A program made the translations under genes and the position numbers. Source: Saccostrea cucullata (lineage: Eukaryota). Taken from it: a DNA stretch of 58,513 nucleotides. Every line of letters begins with the position of its first letter. Positions within the stretch are counted from its first letter, which is position 1. This document shows, piece after piece, positions 1 through 13,508 of this stretch. The DNA lies in assembly GCF_032062105.1 (NCBI RefSeq), contig NW_026933696.1, positions 1 to 58,513 on the forward strand. The letters run 5' to 3'. The notes under the pieces are model-generated. The model was not told the DNA's origin. It saw nothing but the letters and a program-made list of their open reading frames with translations, and searched no databases.

Positions 1-690
1 TCCAGTTAGTTGGAATTTCTTAGACAAACTCTTCCATTCAGTAAGTTATAATTTCTGAGATAAACTCATTCGTGCCAGTATAAGATAAAATCTCTCAGAC
101 AAACACGATCAAAACTGTAAGTTATAACGATCAATATATTCCTAAGTTATAATCTCTCAGACAAACTCGATCATATATTCCTGTAAGTTATAATTTCTCG
201 ACAAACTCGATCATATATTCCTGTAAGTTATAATCTCTCAGACAAACTCGATCATATATTCCTGTAAGTTATAATTTCTCAGACAAACTCGATCATTCCT
301 GTAAGTTATAATTTCTCGGACAAACTCGATCATATTATATTCCTGTAAGTTATAATCTCTCAGACAAACTCGTCTACATTTTATTCCCTTTTGAGATACA
401 TGTAAATCTAGTCCTGTATATATGGAACGTAGGGACGTTAACCGAGGCTCTTACTCGTAGGTCAGAATTTACCTACCAAAATCATCCATTCCTGTAAGTA
501 AGTTAAAATCTCTCATATATACTTAACCATTCCGTAAGTTATGATCTCTCAGACAAACTCATCAATTCCAGTTAGTTGGAATTTCTCGGACAAACCTACC
601 ATTTAGTAATTTTAATAACCAGAAATCGGATAATCAAATCCAGTTGGTTAAAATCTCTCAGACAAAATCATTCATTCCAGTAAGTCATAA
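1..690. repeat. ~35-43-bp minisatellite (unit ~TCAGACAAACTCGATCATATATTCCTGTAAGTTATAATCTC), best conserved 150-372, degenerate copies 1-150 and 470-690
   Basis: The unit recurs directly, e.g. starting near 157, 238, 279 and 360. Confidence 0.85.
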
Positions 691-853
691 TTTTTAAAGC
701 AGCCAAACCCACCCATAAAAAACACGCTACATGTACCATGATTTTCATTATTAAAATTAACAAACATCATTCATTAAAAGCAAATCTCCAGGAAACATTG
801 GCTGCATGTAAAATGAGAAGTTTTGTTATTCAAACTATTTTAAAAAAAATCCA

Positions 854-1386
854 GTTACAGATTTCATGTACTCAAGCTTTCAGTGAAATGCATATACACG
901 AAATTTTTGACGATGTTGTTAAATCAATGAATAATGAAAATGTTTGTCACACGACTTCTGCGTGCTTACCGACAGACAAATCTCACAACTTTCGCTAAGT
1001 AACAGATCCGTGTAATATAAGCACGGTAGATGAACGACTTATATCCAATAAGAGATATATAAATGGTTTATGTCGCGGGGTAAAGCTGGTGATCGGCGTG
1101 TGCCGAGATCAACTTGTGACCTCAAAGTGTCACCGCTAGGCCCCGACAAGTGAGCCTAATTACACAAATATAGATATTTGTAGATCTCGGTTTCAGGGTG
1201 AGGATTTTTGATACAGACACGCACAGGACGTAAGTCTCTCTCCGTCAACTATCAGGCACTCGCGCCGCGGATCGTGTGGGGACGGACAGGAAGCGCCTTA
1301 CTGTGATGGAATGGTTATACCCGAGGTCCTGTTACAGATTTCATGTACTCAAGCCTTCAGTGAAATGCATATACACGAAATCTTTG
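854..1386. repeat. 56-bp direct repeat pair (854-909 and 1331-1386) flanking a GC-richer segment
   Basis: GTTACAGATTTCATGTACTCAAGC(T/C)TTCAGTGAAATGCATATACACGAAAT(T/C)TTTG occurs twice, which explains the shared LQISCTQAFSEMHIHEIF peptide in two short ORFs. Confidence 0.85.
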
Positions 1387-4300
1387 TTTTTGGAGAGGAG
1401 ACGTTTATATATGATATGATAAGTGTACAATACATCACCTACGTAAAGCGGTGTCAGTGTCTCCCATGGAATACCAGAGTTATCCCCACGGCGCCAATAA
1501 TTATGCTAGGTCGAAAATATAATGCAACTTTTTGTGTATTCATTCAATTCTTTTTACATTCGCAAAATTAAAGTGAAATAATTAAATATTCTATTATTAC
1601 GAGGAACATGTATCCTCAAGCAGAGAGAGAGATATTGGATACTGTTTCTTCGCCCTCCAATATTTTATTTGTGCAAGAAGTAGTTTCAATGCAAAAAAAA
1701 AGTATTCGGTTTTATCTTGAAATTATGGAAAGCTATTTTAGTCACATGACATTTTACAGAACTTCAGAATTTCGTAGAAATGACAACATCCTTCCAGAAT
1801 AAAGCATTTCTCTTATCTTATCTACAATCAAATGCATCATTCAAATATAATAATACATGGGTTAAAAAAGATTTATATCGAAATGTTTAGAGACCAACAA
1901 TTAGATATATCAATTTCCATTATTCCTTTAATCCAATGAAAGTTTTATTGTTTACATTACTCTTGAAGTGACGAGGATTTCATCTGAGCATGCTCTTTAG
2001 CAAAATTGCTAAATTTTCCTCACCAAATTTAAAATGATATATTTCACCGCTTATACTAATCTTTTTAAAGATAAAAATCGATTTTTAAAGTAGGCATGAG
2101 TATTCGCAGTGGAAATACCATGACATTAATAATTCACCATTTTTAATATGCCTATCCTATAGCGAGAATTCAGGTGAAGTTTGTTCCTATTTTGTCTGTC
2201 CATAATTTCCAGTGCACAAAATTATAAATAGTTCTAGAGATTTTAATTATTCAGAAGAAAATTTGAAAAACCACCTGAACTTTTCATTGATCAAAGCAAT
2301 ATGAACAAAATATTAAACTTCAAAACATGCATAATTTATTTTGTTGTTAGTCGGAAAGTGTTTCAAAAAGGAGAATATATACAGTGAATAATAAGTCAAT
2401 TCTTCAGAATTTCTTTTCAGTGAATTATGTTGGGTGTTCCGGGGATTAAGTTTTCTGTAAAAATTTATGCAAACTAATTATGCATAAGAACTTAGGCATA
2501 AACTTTGCTGTTGCACCAAACAATAGCGATTTTTTTGGAAAATTAATATTTCTTTTAAAAAAAGATGAGAATATGATACCATCTTCAACAAAAGGATTAA
2601 AGCTAAATTTCCCGTGTGAATTTCTTCTTCTAACGTAAATGTATTTATTCTGGAGGAGATTAATGTAATCGGTATTATTTAATATCGTCAAGAGAAAAAT
2701 GACATGCTATAACCTCTATCTCTGTGTGAAAAACATCAATTAACTTCTTAACACTGACTGCACTCTCGCCAGGTAGATAAGGTGTGCATCGCGCTCTTGA
2801 GAGACTTATAGCTAATCAGAATAAAAAGATCATCCAAATGGTTATAATGCTGATGTACGACTTTAATTTGACGACCAGAACCTACCGGTATCTCCTTCTA
2901 TTAAAAGCAAAAAGAACAACATAGAGGCCATGAAAGAGTAAATAATTTGGGGGTGTTGTTGTCATCAATAATTTTAAGTAGAATTGAATCTTGACGTAAA
3001 TTTTTTTCATAAAAATTAAAAGTTCAATCCAATTATTATCAAATCGTAAATAATTGTATTAAAGGTTATACGTTAAATGAGCTCTTTGACATGCAAAACC
3101 CGGTCCGCCTGATATATAATATAGTATACGTATCTAGATTTTGACTTTGGTAACATTTCACCACGACTTTCAAACTCTGTGACATAAAAGGAAAAAAAAA
3201 TACAGTAAGTCATGACGTTGGAAATTAACATTGACGTTGTCAAATCAATTAAAAGTCATAACGTTGTTATAACGTTTTGAACCTTATACATGCATATTTT
3301 AAATCTTTAAATGAATTTTATTTTTCAAAAGTTAAAAAAAAAATAAAAGGGCACATAATGTTCAATGTTTGAACCTTCTTTTTTGAAATATTTAGATGTT
3401 TATTAATAAATCTTAATAATAAAATTTTAATTACTGAAATGCCAAAGGCACTCTGTGAATATTCTTCTTTCTATTTTTCTCACTTGTTTGTCTTATAAGG
3501 AGAAAATGTATAAGTAGTTTTCCCTTTCAACCTCCTTCAATATTTTTTTTTCAGTTAGGTCATTACAAGTCTTTTATTTCTATATAGCGTCCGCATGCGC
3601 TTTGGGTGAATAGAGAAAAAAAATGAAAGTTTACATTTTTATACTTCCTACATTTCAATGGAACTGGTGTCATTTTGAATTAAAAAAGGTATTAAATTAG
3701 TATATTGAGGGGGTGAAAAATAGGAGAGATGGAGACATTTCACCATTATTGAAAATTGGTTTATCACGAAAATTCTAAAATCTTTTTACTATTTTTGGTG
3801 AAAGGGGGGGGGGGCTCTTATAATGCATACTTCGTTAAGTAGGGTATTTTTTGTGGAACGATATCATTTTGAGGTTTTCATATTTTTTCCTTTGGTACGT
3901 GAACAGATGATGATTAAGTGTAATAAATATAATTTGGGAAAAAATCTCCAACAAGCTCCGGGGTTGAATATCGGGGGTGAGGTGGGGTTGACTCCTGCAT
4001 GTCCACGAGTACATGTGAGCTGGTACTACGGACCTGTATGAAAAAAGCCACGGCAATCGGCAATCCTCGGCTGACTCCGCTACGCTCCATTCAAACCTCG
4101 GATGTGATTGGTGGAGGAATACGCAACAGATCCTTACATTTCTCCGCCGGAAACTGCCTTATCACTCATTCCATATCTCGCTCTGCATAACGTTCTTCGA
4201 AAATGTTTCTTAATTTGTGCAATTCTTTATCGTAAACAGGTTTTGGTTACATCGTCATGTTAATAGGCTTTGAAAGCAAGAAGAAACTGTTGAGTGTGCC

Positions 4301-6529
4301 ACAAAATAACCCCGATTTCAAATGTATGACATTTGAAAAAAATTCAAATAAGATCACATGACTGAATCGGCAAGATGGTAATATTGACGTCCGAGGTTAT
4401 GTGCGAAAAAGTCATCCGAGGAATATGAAGCCACGGCGATAATACCTGACGTACCTCAACAAACGCATTGCGTAAAATGACGTTTTTCGTACCTGTGACA
4501 AAATGGCTACACTTTTATTGATGCTTGCATTTAATTCATGTAGACCATTACTGTAAAGATTGTGCAATTTGTAAATCCAGCATTAAATGTTCTTTCAAGC
4601 TCCATACATGATTGCTTTATATCTTACATTATTTTATATATTTTTGATATGTTACTGAGACATATTTAGTAACAATACAGTGACTCGTGCGTTCATAACA
4701 AAATGGCTACACTTAAGAAAGCCTTCCTAATATTTACGTTGGAAAAGTAATATAAAATGTATCAATTAAATTAATCTAAGAAATATATGTACTAAAAGAT
4801 TATTCACCAAAATTAATATTTGTCTGATTTATGTCTGGTACACATCTCCATTTCGGCTAATGTCAGTGTAAGGAAACGATTTCTTCTGTTAGACATTTTA
4901 ATTACGCACTGAACAACACTAAATTCATGAAATTGATACAATAATTTAAAAACTCAACAATATCTTAAAGAATGCATATATTTTATTGTACCCCCTAAAT
5001 TTTTTAATTCATAAAAATAATAAGTGCATTTTTCCAACCTTTTAGTTGCGCGAACAATAATTGATGTAAAAGGTTATACGTTAAATGAGCTCTTTGACAT
5101 GTTAAAATAATTTTAAATTATTTAAAAGAATATATAAGAATTAGTATTACTTGAGATAACATAAATGATTTTATTTTTAACATAAATATCATCCAAACGC
5201 CAATTTCTCCGTGACATAAAGAGTTAAAAAAAAATACAGTAAGTCATGCAAGACTATTTTATTTCTAGACTCCAAAAAATATTGATTGATTTTATCATAT
5301 AATTATATTTTACAATGTACTTGAAAATAGAATAACGAAATTTCAAAATTTCAACTATTCTGAATTTTTCCTGCCCGCCTTATTAAAATTCTGTCTAAAG
5401 CCGCCAAATTTTATGGAACCGGTGGTAGCTGGTTTGGATAAATTATACTATATCTAATTTAGTTGGCCTTCGCTAAATTAATTCATTTTTTTAAGCAAGC
5501 GCAACACATTCATGGGATCAGTTTGACATGGAATGCAGAGAACACCCACCAAGGCAAAGTGATGGGCCTTACAACACTGTATGATGCACAGTGTGTATGC
5601 TTAGAAATTAAGCTATAGCTGTTTCTTTATCAGTACTTATGTAGGATTGCCCTGGATGGCCCCATTCGCCAACTCGACCAACTGTCATATATAAAAATTT
5701 GAATTCCTAAATTAAAAAATTGTATATATGACGAATTTTAATGTAACAATTCAAATTTTTATAGAGGACACCTCGTTCAATTCACACTTTTCAGCACACT
5801 CTAAGATATTTTAAAGTTATAACCGTAAATAATCATACGCATTTGTTTGTTTTTTTTTAATTTGTAAAAAATATAAAAATCTTGAAATTTTACAAAATAT
5901 ATAAATGTGTATATATGATTAGTTAACATAGAACAAAAAGCTGCGCGAAAAGGGAGCACAATATAAAAGAATAAAATATACAATAACAAAAAAGTTGATA
6001 ACACGCAGCTCCTATTAAACAAAAGAGCGTGTAAGGCACAGTGTATTGTTTTGGGTTACATATAGCATTTCACGTAAAAGCAGTCTGTACAATCAGGCAG
6101 TGCATGGTGTCTTCCAGAAATGGTCCGTACGAATAAACAGAATTATAACAATTTCAGAGAAATCGGAATAAATTTTGTATTTTTATGACGTGTCTTTTGT
6201 GTCTCTTCAATAGTGGCGAACTTGATGAGACGATACTATCCAGTTTCTTGTTACATAATCACAATATTTTGTTCTTTTTAGCGGAAGTCGTCTATTGTGA
6301 CGGGGGCACCCCATTATACACGGGTCTGATTGGGGAGATAGAGGCACATTTAAATCTATCGTTTCTCTGTTATTCCACCGTGTCACCCGTGATGTACATT
6401 TAGGAACACATTTCTGAGCGGCCTTTTAAAGCGGTTCCATCTCGGTCCTCTTTTATCACTTTGTACAAATCTGTACAGTAAGTTAATTAGACCTTGTCTC
6501 TTTTTTTGATCTAATTTTCTGTTAATTTT

Positions 6530-7114
6530 TCACTTTTTCTCCAGCAGCTCCTGCAGTGCCCCTATGTAACTCTGCGCCATCTGCAGTGTTTCGTACTTGG
6601 ATAGTTTCTGGTCTTCTCCCGCCGACGGAATCACCTCTCGCAGACGATCGAACGCTACATTCAGACTCTCCATCCGCCGTCTTTCTCTGGCGTTTGCCGC
6701 TAGTCGTCTGCGCTTCAGCACGTCTTTACTTGGAGCAACTGAAGTTCGCTTTTTAGTTTTGGTAGAACTTTTCAATGACACTTTTTCGCTGTTTAGAGAG
6801 TAGATATGACTAGCGTGGAATCCGGAATCACCGGGGAATAAGAAATGGTTTGGTCGCACCAGTCCGTGACGTGGTGTGAGAGGGGTGTCGGGTGTGGAGA
6901 GGGGCGTGTCGCTATCACTGGGGATATAAGAAGAGGGGGTTCCAAAACCGTCCGTATCCATGGTATCTGTTGGGAGACTGCTGTTTAAATCCTGGATAGA
7001 GAAAGTCAAGGCACACGGCATCCCTGTCTTCTGCGCGGAGTCTGTGTCGATAGCAGCACGCATCACAGACGACGGTAACATGAACGAATCCATCCTGACC
7101 AGTTCCTGCATCAT
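6530..7114 (-). CDS. ato: Atonal-family (ato/amos/ATOH1/7-like) proneural bHLH transcription factor, single exon, 194 aa
   Basis: The C-terminal b[33 protein letters not shown]...[22 protein letters not shown] carries the atonal-diagnostic [11 protein letters not shown] and [13 protein letters not shown] motifs. The ORF is GC-rich in AT-rich surroundings. Confidence 0.93.
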   Translation of the reverse strand: MMQELVRMDSFMLPSSVMRAAIDTDSAQKTGMPCALTFSIQDLNSSLPTDTMDTDGFGTPSSYIPSDSDTPLSTPDTPLTPRHGLVRPNHFLFPGDSGFHASHIYSLNSEKVSLKSSTKTKKRTSVAPSKDVLKRRRLAANARERRRMESLNVAFDRLREVIPSAGEDQKLSKYETLQMAQSYIGALQELLEKK

Positions 7115-7374
7115 ATTTGTATAGCGTCAATATCTCTTCTTCGTTAAGTTCTCTAAATTATTAATTTCTATCGTAAAATAGTTTTCCAGCTGAATTGTTT
7201 CAGTGGCCCTTTTCTTGAGTTACACATGGGGTTTTAATTTCATTTCGACATCCCCTGTAGTTTTGTCGATATTTAACTTAGTACGCTGGTTATGGGGACC
7301 ACACTGCGATGGAATTGTACAAAATAAGACAGCTGGGGAATGGAAATGCAGTTAACTATTACTATATCTCCCCC

Positions 7375-7382
7375 TATTTATA
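7375..7382 (-). promoter_or_regulatory. Candidate TATA box of the atonal gene
   Basis: TATAAATA on the minus strand ~260 bp upstream of the ATG; a CCAAT motif lies near 7419 and an E-box CAGCTG at 7330. Confidence 0.5.
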
Positions 7383-9974
7383 CTCTACCTGAAGAAATTG
7401 GATAAAAATTTTAATCGACCAATCAACTGGTCGGTTGTCGAGTCATCTATATTTCAGCAGTCACGGTCCACTGGGTGATTCTCGGTGCGTACCCATCGAC
7501 ACGCCCATAAACAATGCCATCCATATTTAGTTGACAATCTCTGTATCTCAGTTCAAGAGAACTGTGCATTTCTTTGAATTTTTGTTTATTGTTCCCGGAA
7601 ACACGAAGAGGTTCTCAATGCGATAAAGTGTCTGCACCCTTTGGTGGCGGAGCTTTGGGTCCTATAGCTGCGCATTTTCCAATAATTGCAATTATTTATG
7701 TGCATTTGCGTCCTGAAATGATTTACTCCCGAATACCAACACAGATCGTCGCTGTGCATACCTGCAAATTCATGCAAATAAATGAACCCGAGTGCAGACG
7801 AGGAGCAACCGTACACTGCATGTCGACCGGGCTTTACAGTTGCAATGATATTGCAGAATAAAATAATTATCACATGAAAACGTAAGATCAGCTTTTTTCT
7901 CTCAATTTCTAGAGAAGTAACTTTGTATAAAAATAAGTGCTATCAGAATACCTTTGGCGAGAGATTGGACATTTAGCCGGCAAAACAAGATCTGTTATGC
8001 GTTTAAAAGATATATTATCTCTTCGAAAAAATGTTTTACAGATAATCTGTTCTCATTTCTGATTGATTAGTCTCTGGACTGAATGTATCAGTTAACCAGA
8101 GTATACCGCCTTTATGTCAGAGATATCCACTGATACATATCAATAAGTAAAATCTCGATTTCCTTTTATTCCAGATTTGTTCTGTTTTAGCATTGAGGTA
8201 CACGTGTGAGCGCCGCACCGCGCCACTGCATTATCAACTGATCAAGCGGAGATATGTAAATAAAGCTTTTCATTGACTATCCATAGTCCCCACGGTGACG
8301 ATAAAGGACTTCTTTTTCTTCCACGAATTTTATTTTGTAAATGAGATAAAAACTGCAACGAACAGGAATTGAAAGATAATCTTACCGGGATTAGGAAATC
8401 TGTGCGTCTCGTCAAAGAGAGAGAGTGCAGGGGTACGCTTTTCCCAAGGTATTCCGAGATTGGATTGGATAAAAAATTGGCCATTCAATAAAATTGTGCT
8501 AGGTCACATCTCATGATAAAAAAGCTGAAACAAATAGGTCAATTCTACGGCATTTTGAATAGAAAATAAACAAAATCATTTTAAAAATCGGTAATTTTAC
8601 CTGGTTCGTCATTTTTCTTTCTATATTACAATCCCTTTAATTCGTCGTATCACATGACTTTTCTCTCGTTATTTTGAGAATCTGATTACTTTTTTTTATC
8701 TTCAAATTTGTAATACTTTTATTTTTTTAAGCACTCATCTGGAAAATTGAGGCATTAATTTTCTTTCTTTTTTTTTTGAAAATAATTTTCAAATATTTTT
8801 TATGCCCTATAGTTTAGCTGAGAATCATCGTGCTTCAAGTTGTGTTTGCTCAATTTAATCATTTTTTTTATTTATTGTATCTGGGAATGAAAGCTATTAT
8901 GTATGATAAATGCCTCAAATATAATGGCCCCCTTCAATGAATATCTTAATTTTACTTTATATATAGATTTACTTTTCACAGCTATATATCTAACATTTAT
9001 TGGCCATTTTCAATTTGATAAAAATTCAATTAATTAAGAAATATGATATAAAAAATTTCCCTCAATTTTAATATATTTTGTATAAAACTGCTTTTTTTTC
9101 TTCCCGAAAATACTATGCGCAGACTTGAACAAACTTTATATTTCTACCAAAGATATATATATACAAGAGTTATTACTGACAGAAAAATAATGCGTATTGT
9201 ACAGGTTTAGATTGTACAGTGCGCTCTGTTTTCCATAAGAAAAAGATCAGGAAAAAGGCATACCTTTTGCTTCTTTTGGTTAGATACCAAAAAATGGCAT
9301 CATTTCTTTCTTTTTTTTTTTTAGGTCAGTGGGTCATATAAATGTGAAAAAAAATTATTGGAAATATTTACAATATAATCTCTTCTTCAAAATATATATT
9401 ATTGAAATTTATCTGAATATATCGTTCTAAAATACAATGTATTGACTTTTCATGGCCAAAATTGGCTCTTATCATTATATAGTCCTTTCCGACCAAAACA
9501 AAGAACAAGCACTGAAATATAAGAAATTTTTTATCACGTTTTACTCTTTTTTTTACATGTAAATCCACAATATTTGAATTTGAATTTTTAAAAAAAAAAT
9601 CTTGTAAGGAAAACCTCTATGAACATCTAAACAGTTTCAAGAAGTTGTGTGATTAATTTTCCCTCTGATCTTTTAAAATGTTGTTACATTTGATGAATTA
9701 TGTTGCCTTTTGTGCCAGTGGGAATGAAGGGAGAGGTAAGATGAGGTGCATGCTAAATTTCTCAATTTAACTTAAAATTATTTAAATAAAAGCTTAAAAT
9801 GCTCCAAACCAAAATAATGTATGCGCGATATATTGCGCAAGGGGAACCTTAGCCACAAAAATCTATCTACCAGTAAAACTACATTTTTTGCTGCACCGTA
9901 CAAGCTGCAGAAACTCGGGGTCTTTTTTTTGTAAGTACAGAAGTTATTCGTCACTGTACAGTACACCGAAGATC

Positions 9975-10576
9975 ACAGCTGGGACTCGGCAAACGCGGGA
10001 AAAAGAACCCCTCATTAGTCACCTGTTACCCGCCCCAGCAAAAAAAAAAATCCTCATCAAAGTTTAATATCAACATGAAATATTTACTTTACTTTTGATA
10101 TTAATTTTATGTTTATAAATCAAAACTTAAAACAATCTCTCTCAGACTCTGTCTCTTTCTTTCTCTCTACTCCCTTTCTCTGCTTCTCTCTCTCTCTATC
10201 CCCTCTCTCTGCCTATCTCTCGACACGAGAGTATGACTGGAACTCTCGTGCCCCCTATCACCTGTTTTTAAGCCTCTTTTTGTACAGCTGTAAAAGAGCG
10301 GTTGGTGTTGACATACAAAGTAAGAGGTGTTTAGAGATAACAAAGTAAGACGGGGAAATCCTTCACCCGGATCCATCCCGCTGCTGGGGTCCCCAGTTCT
10401 TCTTTTAAAATCTCTCTGCATACAAAACTTCGTCCCCGTCAAATTAATCTTATGTTAATGGAGAAAAAAGAAAATCTACCGCATCTAAATCTTCTTACCT
10501 CTCAAACTTTATTCAACTTGGTAGGAGGGAGAAATTGTGTTTTATTTTTATCTGTGTCGCGTGCCGTACACGTGCC
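9975..10576 (-). promoter_or_regulatory. Candidate upstream proneural cis-regulatory module: E-boxes plus Hes/Hairy/E(spl)-class sites
   Basis: Minus-strand GGCACGCGAC (10556-10565) and GGCACGTGT (10568-10576); N-boxes CACGAG at 10224-10229 and 10245-10250 (reverse); E-boxes CAGCTG/CACCTG at ~9977, ~10020, 10259 and 10285. Confidence 0.5.
10136..10221. repeat. Imperfect (CT)n microsatellite
   Basis: CT-rich run seen directly. Confidence 0.7.
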
Positions 10577-12113
10577 GTGGGCGATATCTTTGATTTGTCA
10601 ACTCTAATGCTTATGTTCATATACGCAATTTTTGGCAACGTTTCAAGTTTACCTTGAACACAGCTAAAAAGAATCCTTTTCGCATGCTGTGGTATGTACA
10701 GAGATCTATTTGCGAGAGCTTACAAATATCTGAAGAAATGCACAGGCAAAGGTTATTTAGTGGCAGCTAAACGATGAAAGTAAAAAAATCGGTTATAACT
10801 TATAACCTTATTCCCAACTCCCACCTTGTATAGTTACTAGCAGTATATTAATTTTAAAAAGTATTAAGAAATAATGAAACTTTAATATGAGGGTTTTAAC
10901 TTTTAGAGGAGCTGGGAAAAGAATAACAAAATATTGCAACAATATCAGTTATTGGTAGATTATTTATATTTCGCTTTTTGTTGCCAAGTCCACGTATTTA
11001 ATTTTACTGGTCCGTGTTTCACATGGGTAGACAAATTGAAATCAGATGTTGTGTACAAAGGAAAAAATTAGCTCCAATCAGATAGGTGGATTTTATTCAA
11101 TGTCAATATATATATATATAAATTCAAACCTTTTTATGAAATAAAACTGAGTAAGTGCATTTTTTAAGAAAAACAATAAACTCTCATTAGTCACACTCTC
11201 ATTTAAAAGTCTACATTTCATTTTATATTTATATATTTTGTAGGCAATGAAGGACAATGTATTGTTTAAAATGAAAGTATTTTTATTACAATATGTTGGA
11301 AAACCAATGACAATAATTTTACATGACTCATCTATGTTTAAAAGCAACCTTATTTTACACCAAATGCACTGTAAAAAATAAGTGTTTTATAAATAAACAC
11401 CATATTGCAACAGATAATAAACACTTCAACGCGTTTAGAATTTAAACACCTCACGAAGTGTTTAAGAAATAAACACGTTAGAATGTTTAAATTCTAAACA
11501 CATGAGGTTTAATATTCAACACTTCAAAAACACAAAATGTTTAAAGATTAAACACTGAATAAACACTCAGAGTTTAATATACATAAACACCGTGAGTGTT
11601 TAAAATTTAAACATTTCATGTTTAATTTATAAACGTTTTCAACCTAAACATTTAAACACTTAAACATGTTTATTTGATGCAACAGATAATAATCACTTAA
11701 ACATGTTTAAAGGTCAATTTTTAAACACTTCAACGTGTTTATTTTACAAAATAAATAAATACTTAAACGTGTTTATAAGTTTTAAACATTTTTATTTGAA
11801 ACAAATATAAATCAGTACAAAACACACTGCGGTTGATAATGAATATGTTGTACATAAAGCTATTTTTAATTAATTGATTTAATGTTGACTGAGGGTTCAA
11901 ACTTTATAAACAACTGAAACATTAAATAACACGTTTACCAACACATGGACACATTATTCAATTTTGGTTGAAAAAAATAGCATTCTCAAAATAAACTAGC
12001 ATGAAGATGTAAAATCTGCATCTTTAAACTAAACTCCAATAAATTGGTGTCGGGAGGGCGGGGGAGGGTCTTTGAAATATGAAAAAAACATAATCGCTTA
12101 ATAAAATGAATTG

Positions 12114-12548
12114 TTATACCTTTAAAAAATTGTTCCTATACAAATCTATACAGAAAAAAGTCTAACATTTTTAATGTTTTGCTGAGCGGGCATAAAAAAA
12201 TCGATGTTGGACCGCTGAGTGAGATGTTGGACCGCTCAGAGAGATGTTGGACCGCTTACGTCACAGAATGGGCGGAGCTTAATCTCATTTACATTCTTTG
12301 GTTTTAAACAGTGACAGATCTAATGTTACATTACGGAATATAGTACAAAATACACGTGTGTCAAAAAAATATAAATAAAATGAAAGGTATAACAAAACAT
12401 TTATTGACAGAATTCTCGGGCAAAATGACTTTTGTCAGACCCTCGAACCAAACTGTCTGTCTTCGGCCTAACGGCCTCAGGCAGACAGTTTGGTTCTTGG
12501 GTCCGACAAAACGCATGTTGCCCTCGAACTCAGTCAATAAATGTATAA
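12114..12548 (-). mobile_element. Nested non-autonomous element with 6-bp TIR and long subterminal hairpin (Crypton-like, tentative)
   Basis: TTATAC...GTATAA termini, TG on both flanks, ~148-bp imperfect palindrome 12397-12544, three GATGTTGGACCGCT repeats at 12203-12256. Confidence 0.65.
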
Positions 12549-13416
12549 TGTTTTTCATCAGTAAAATTTAAAACATTTTTTAAAAAAAAGGTTAAATCAT
12601 CCTTTACATCTTTTTTAATAAATAAAACAAGCAAAATGATGAATAAATATGATACAAAAAACTGAAAATGATATTTGTTGTCTTGGTACAGCATGAATAA
12701 TATGTACTTGTATTACACTAATAAATCTAGTTGTAAATGTTACAAGTTTATACTTTCACAAATATTCAGAGTTTTAACCAAATAAAGACATTTTTCCAGT
12801 TTTGAATTGTAAAGGACCAATTCTTGCTGCTAAACAAGAGATGCCGGGGTATCACTCACTCAATATCCATATCATATTCTAACCGAGTTAGTCTAGCTCC
12901 TCTGGTTGCGGGTAAAATTCAGGTTCTTCTACAACGGATGTTGATCTCCAGTTTTCCATTCTCCAAAATTGCATTCACCCCAAGTAGTTCTAATTTCTTC
13001 ATATCCTGAAAGATGGATGAAAAAAATATTCACTATGCAAATTCAGATACTTATCTGTAAAAGAATAGATCCACATAAATATCGAAAAAAAAATGTTTGT
13101 TATTGTTCACGCCAATTTAAATTATATTATACATACTGAGAAACAAGTTTGGAATAAAAATCTGCAATTCAAATACCTGTAAATCATACATGTATAAGCG
13201 TACATGTACAGTCTGTACACTAAAAAAAAATAAATGTTCATGTACCTGTAGGAGCAACTCAACAGCAAAATTTAAGAGAATGGGGGGGGGGGGGGGGGCT
13301 ACCTTGTCCCAAGGCCTTTTCTATCATGTATCACACTCCCTCAAAAAAAGTAAAGTTTCCTTAAAGAATACATGTACGTGCACGGGCTGAAGATAAAATT
13401 ATTGTTGGTAGATGCG

Positions 13417-13508
13417 CTAGCTGCAGATCTGTAGCGTAATAGTTTTATGTATTAGTTATGGTCAAAGGCAAATACATAAAAACCATAACGCTACAGATCT
13501 TCAGCTAG
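13417..13508. mobile_element. 92-bp hairpin MITE
   Basis: Arms CTAGCTGCAGATCTGTAGCGTAATAGTTTTATGTATT and AATACATAAAAACCATAACGCTACAGATCTTCAGCTAG are near-perfect reverse complements. Confidence 0.75.

Noticed and set aside
3823-4230. GC-richer block with three overlapping short ORFs
   Set aside because: No recognisable domain or convincing splice structure; probably a TE interior, cannot be supported
9718-9724. Su(H)/CSL site GTGGGAA upstream of atonal
   Set aside because: Lacks the preferred 5' pyrimidine and is a lone 7-mer; too weak to call
12356-12571. Similar ORFs on both strands (71 and 65 aa)
   Set aside because: Artefact of the palindromic hairpin
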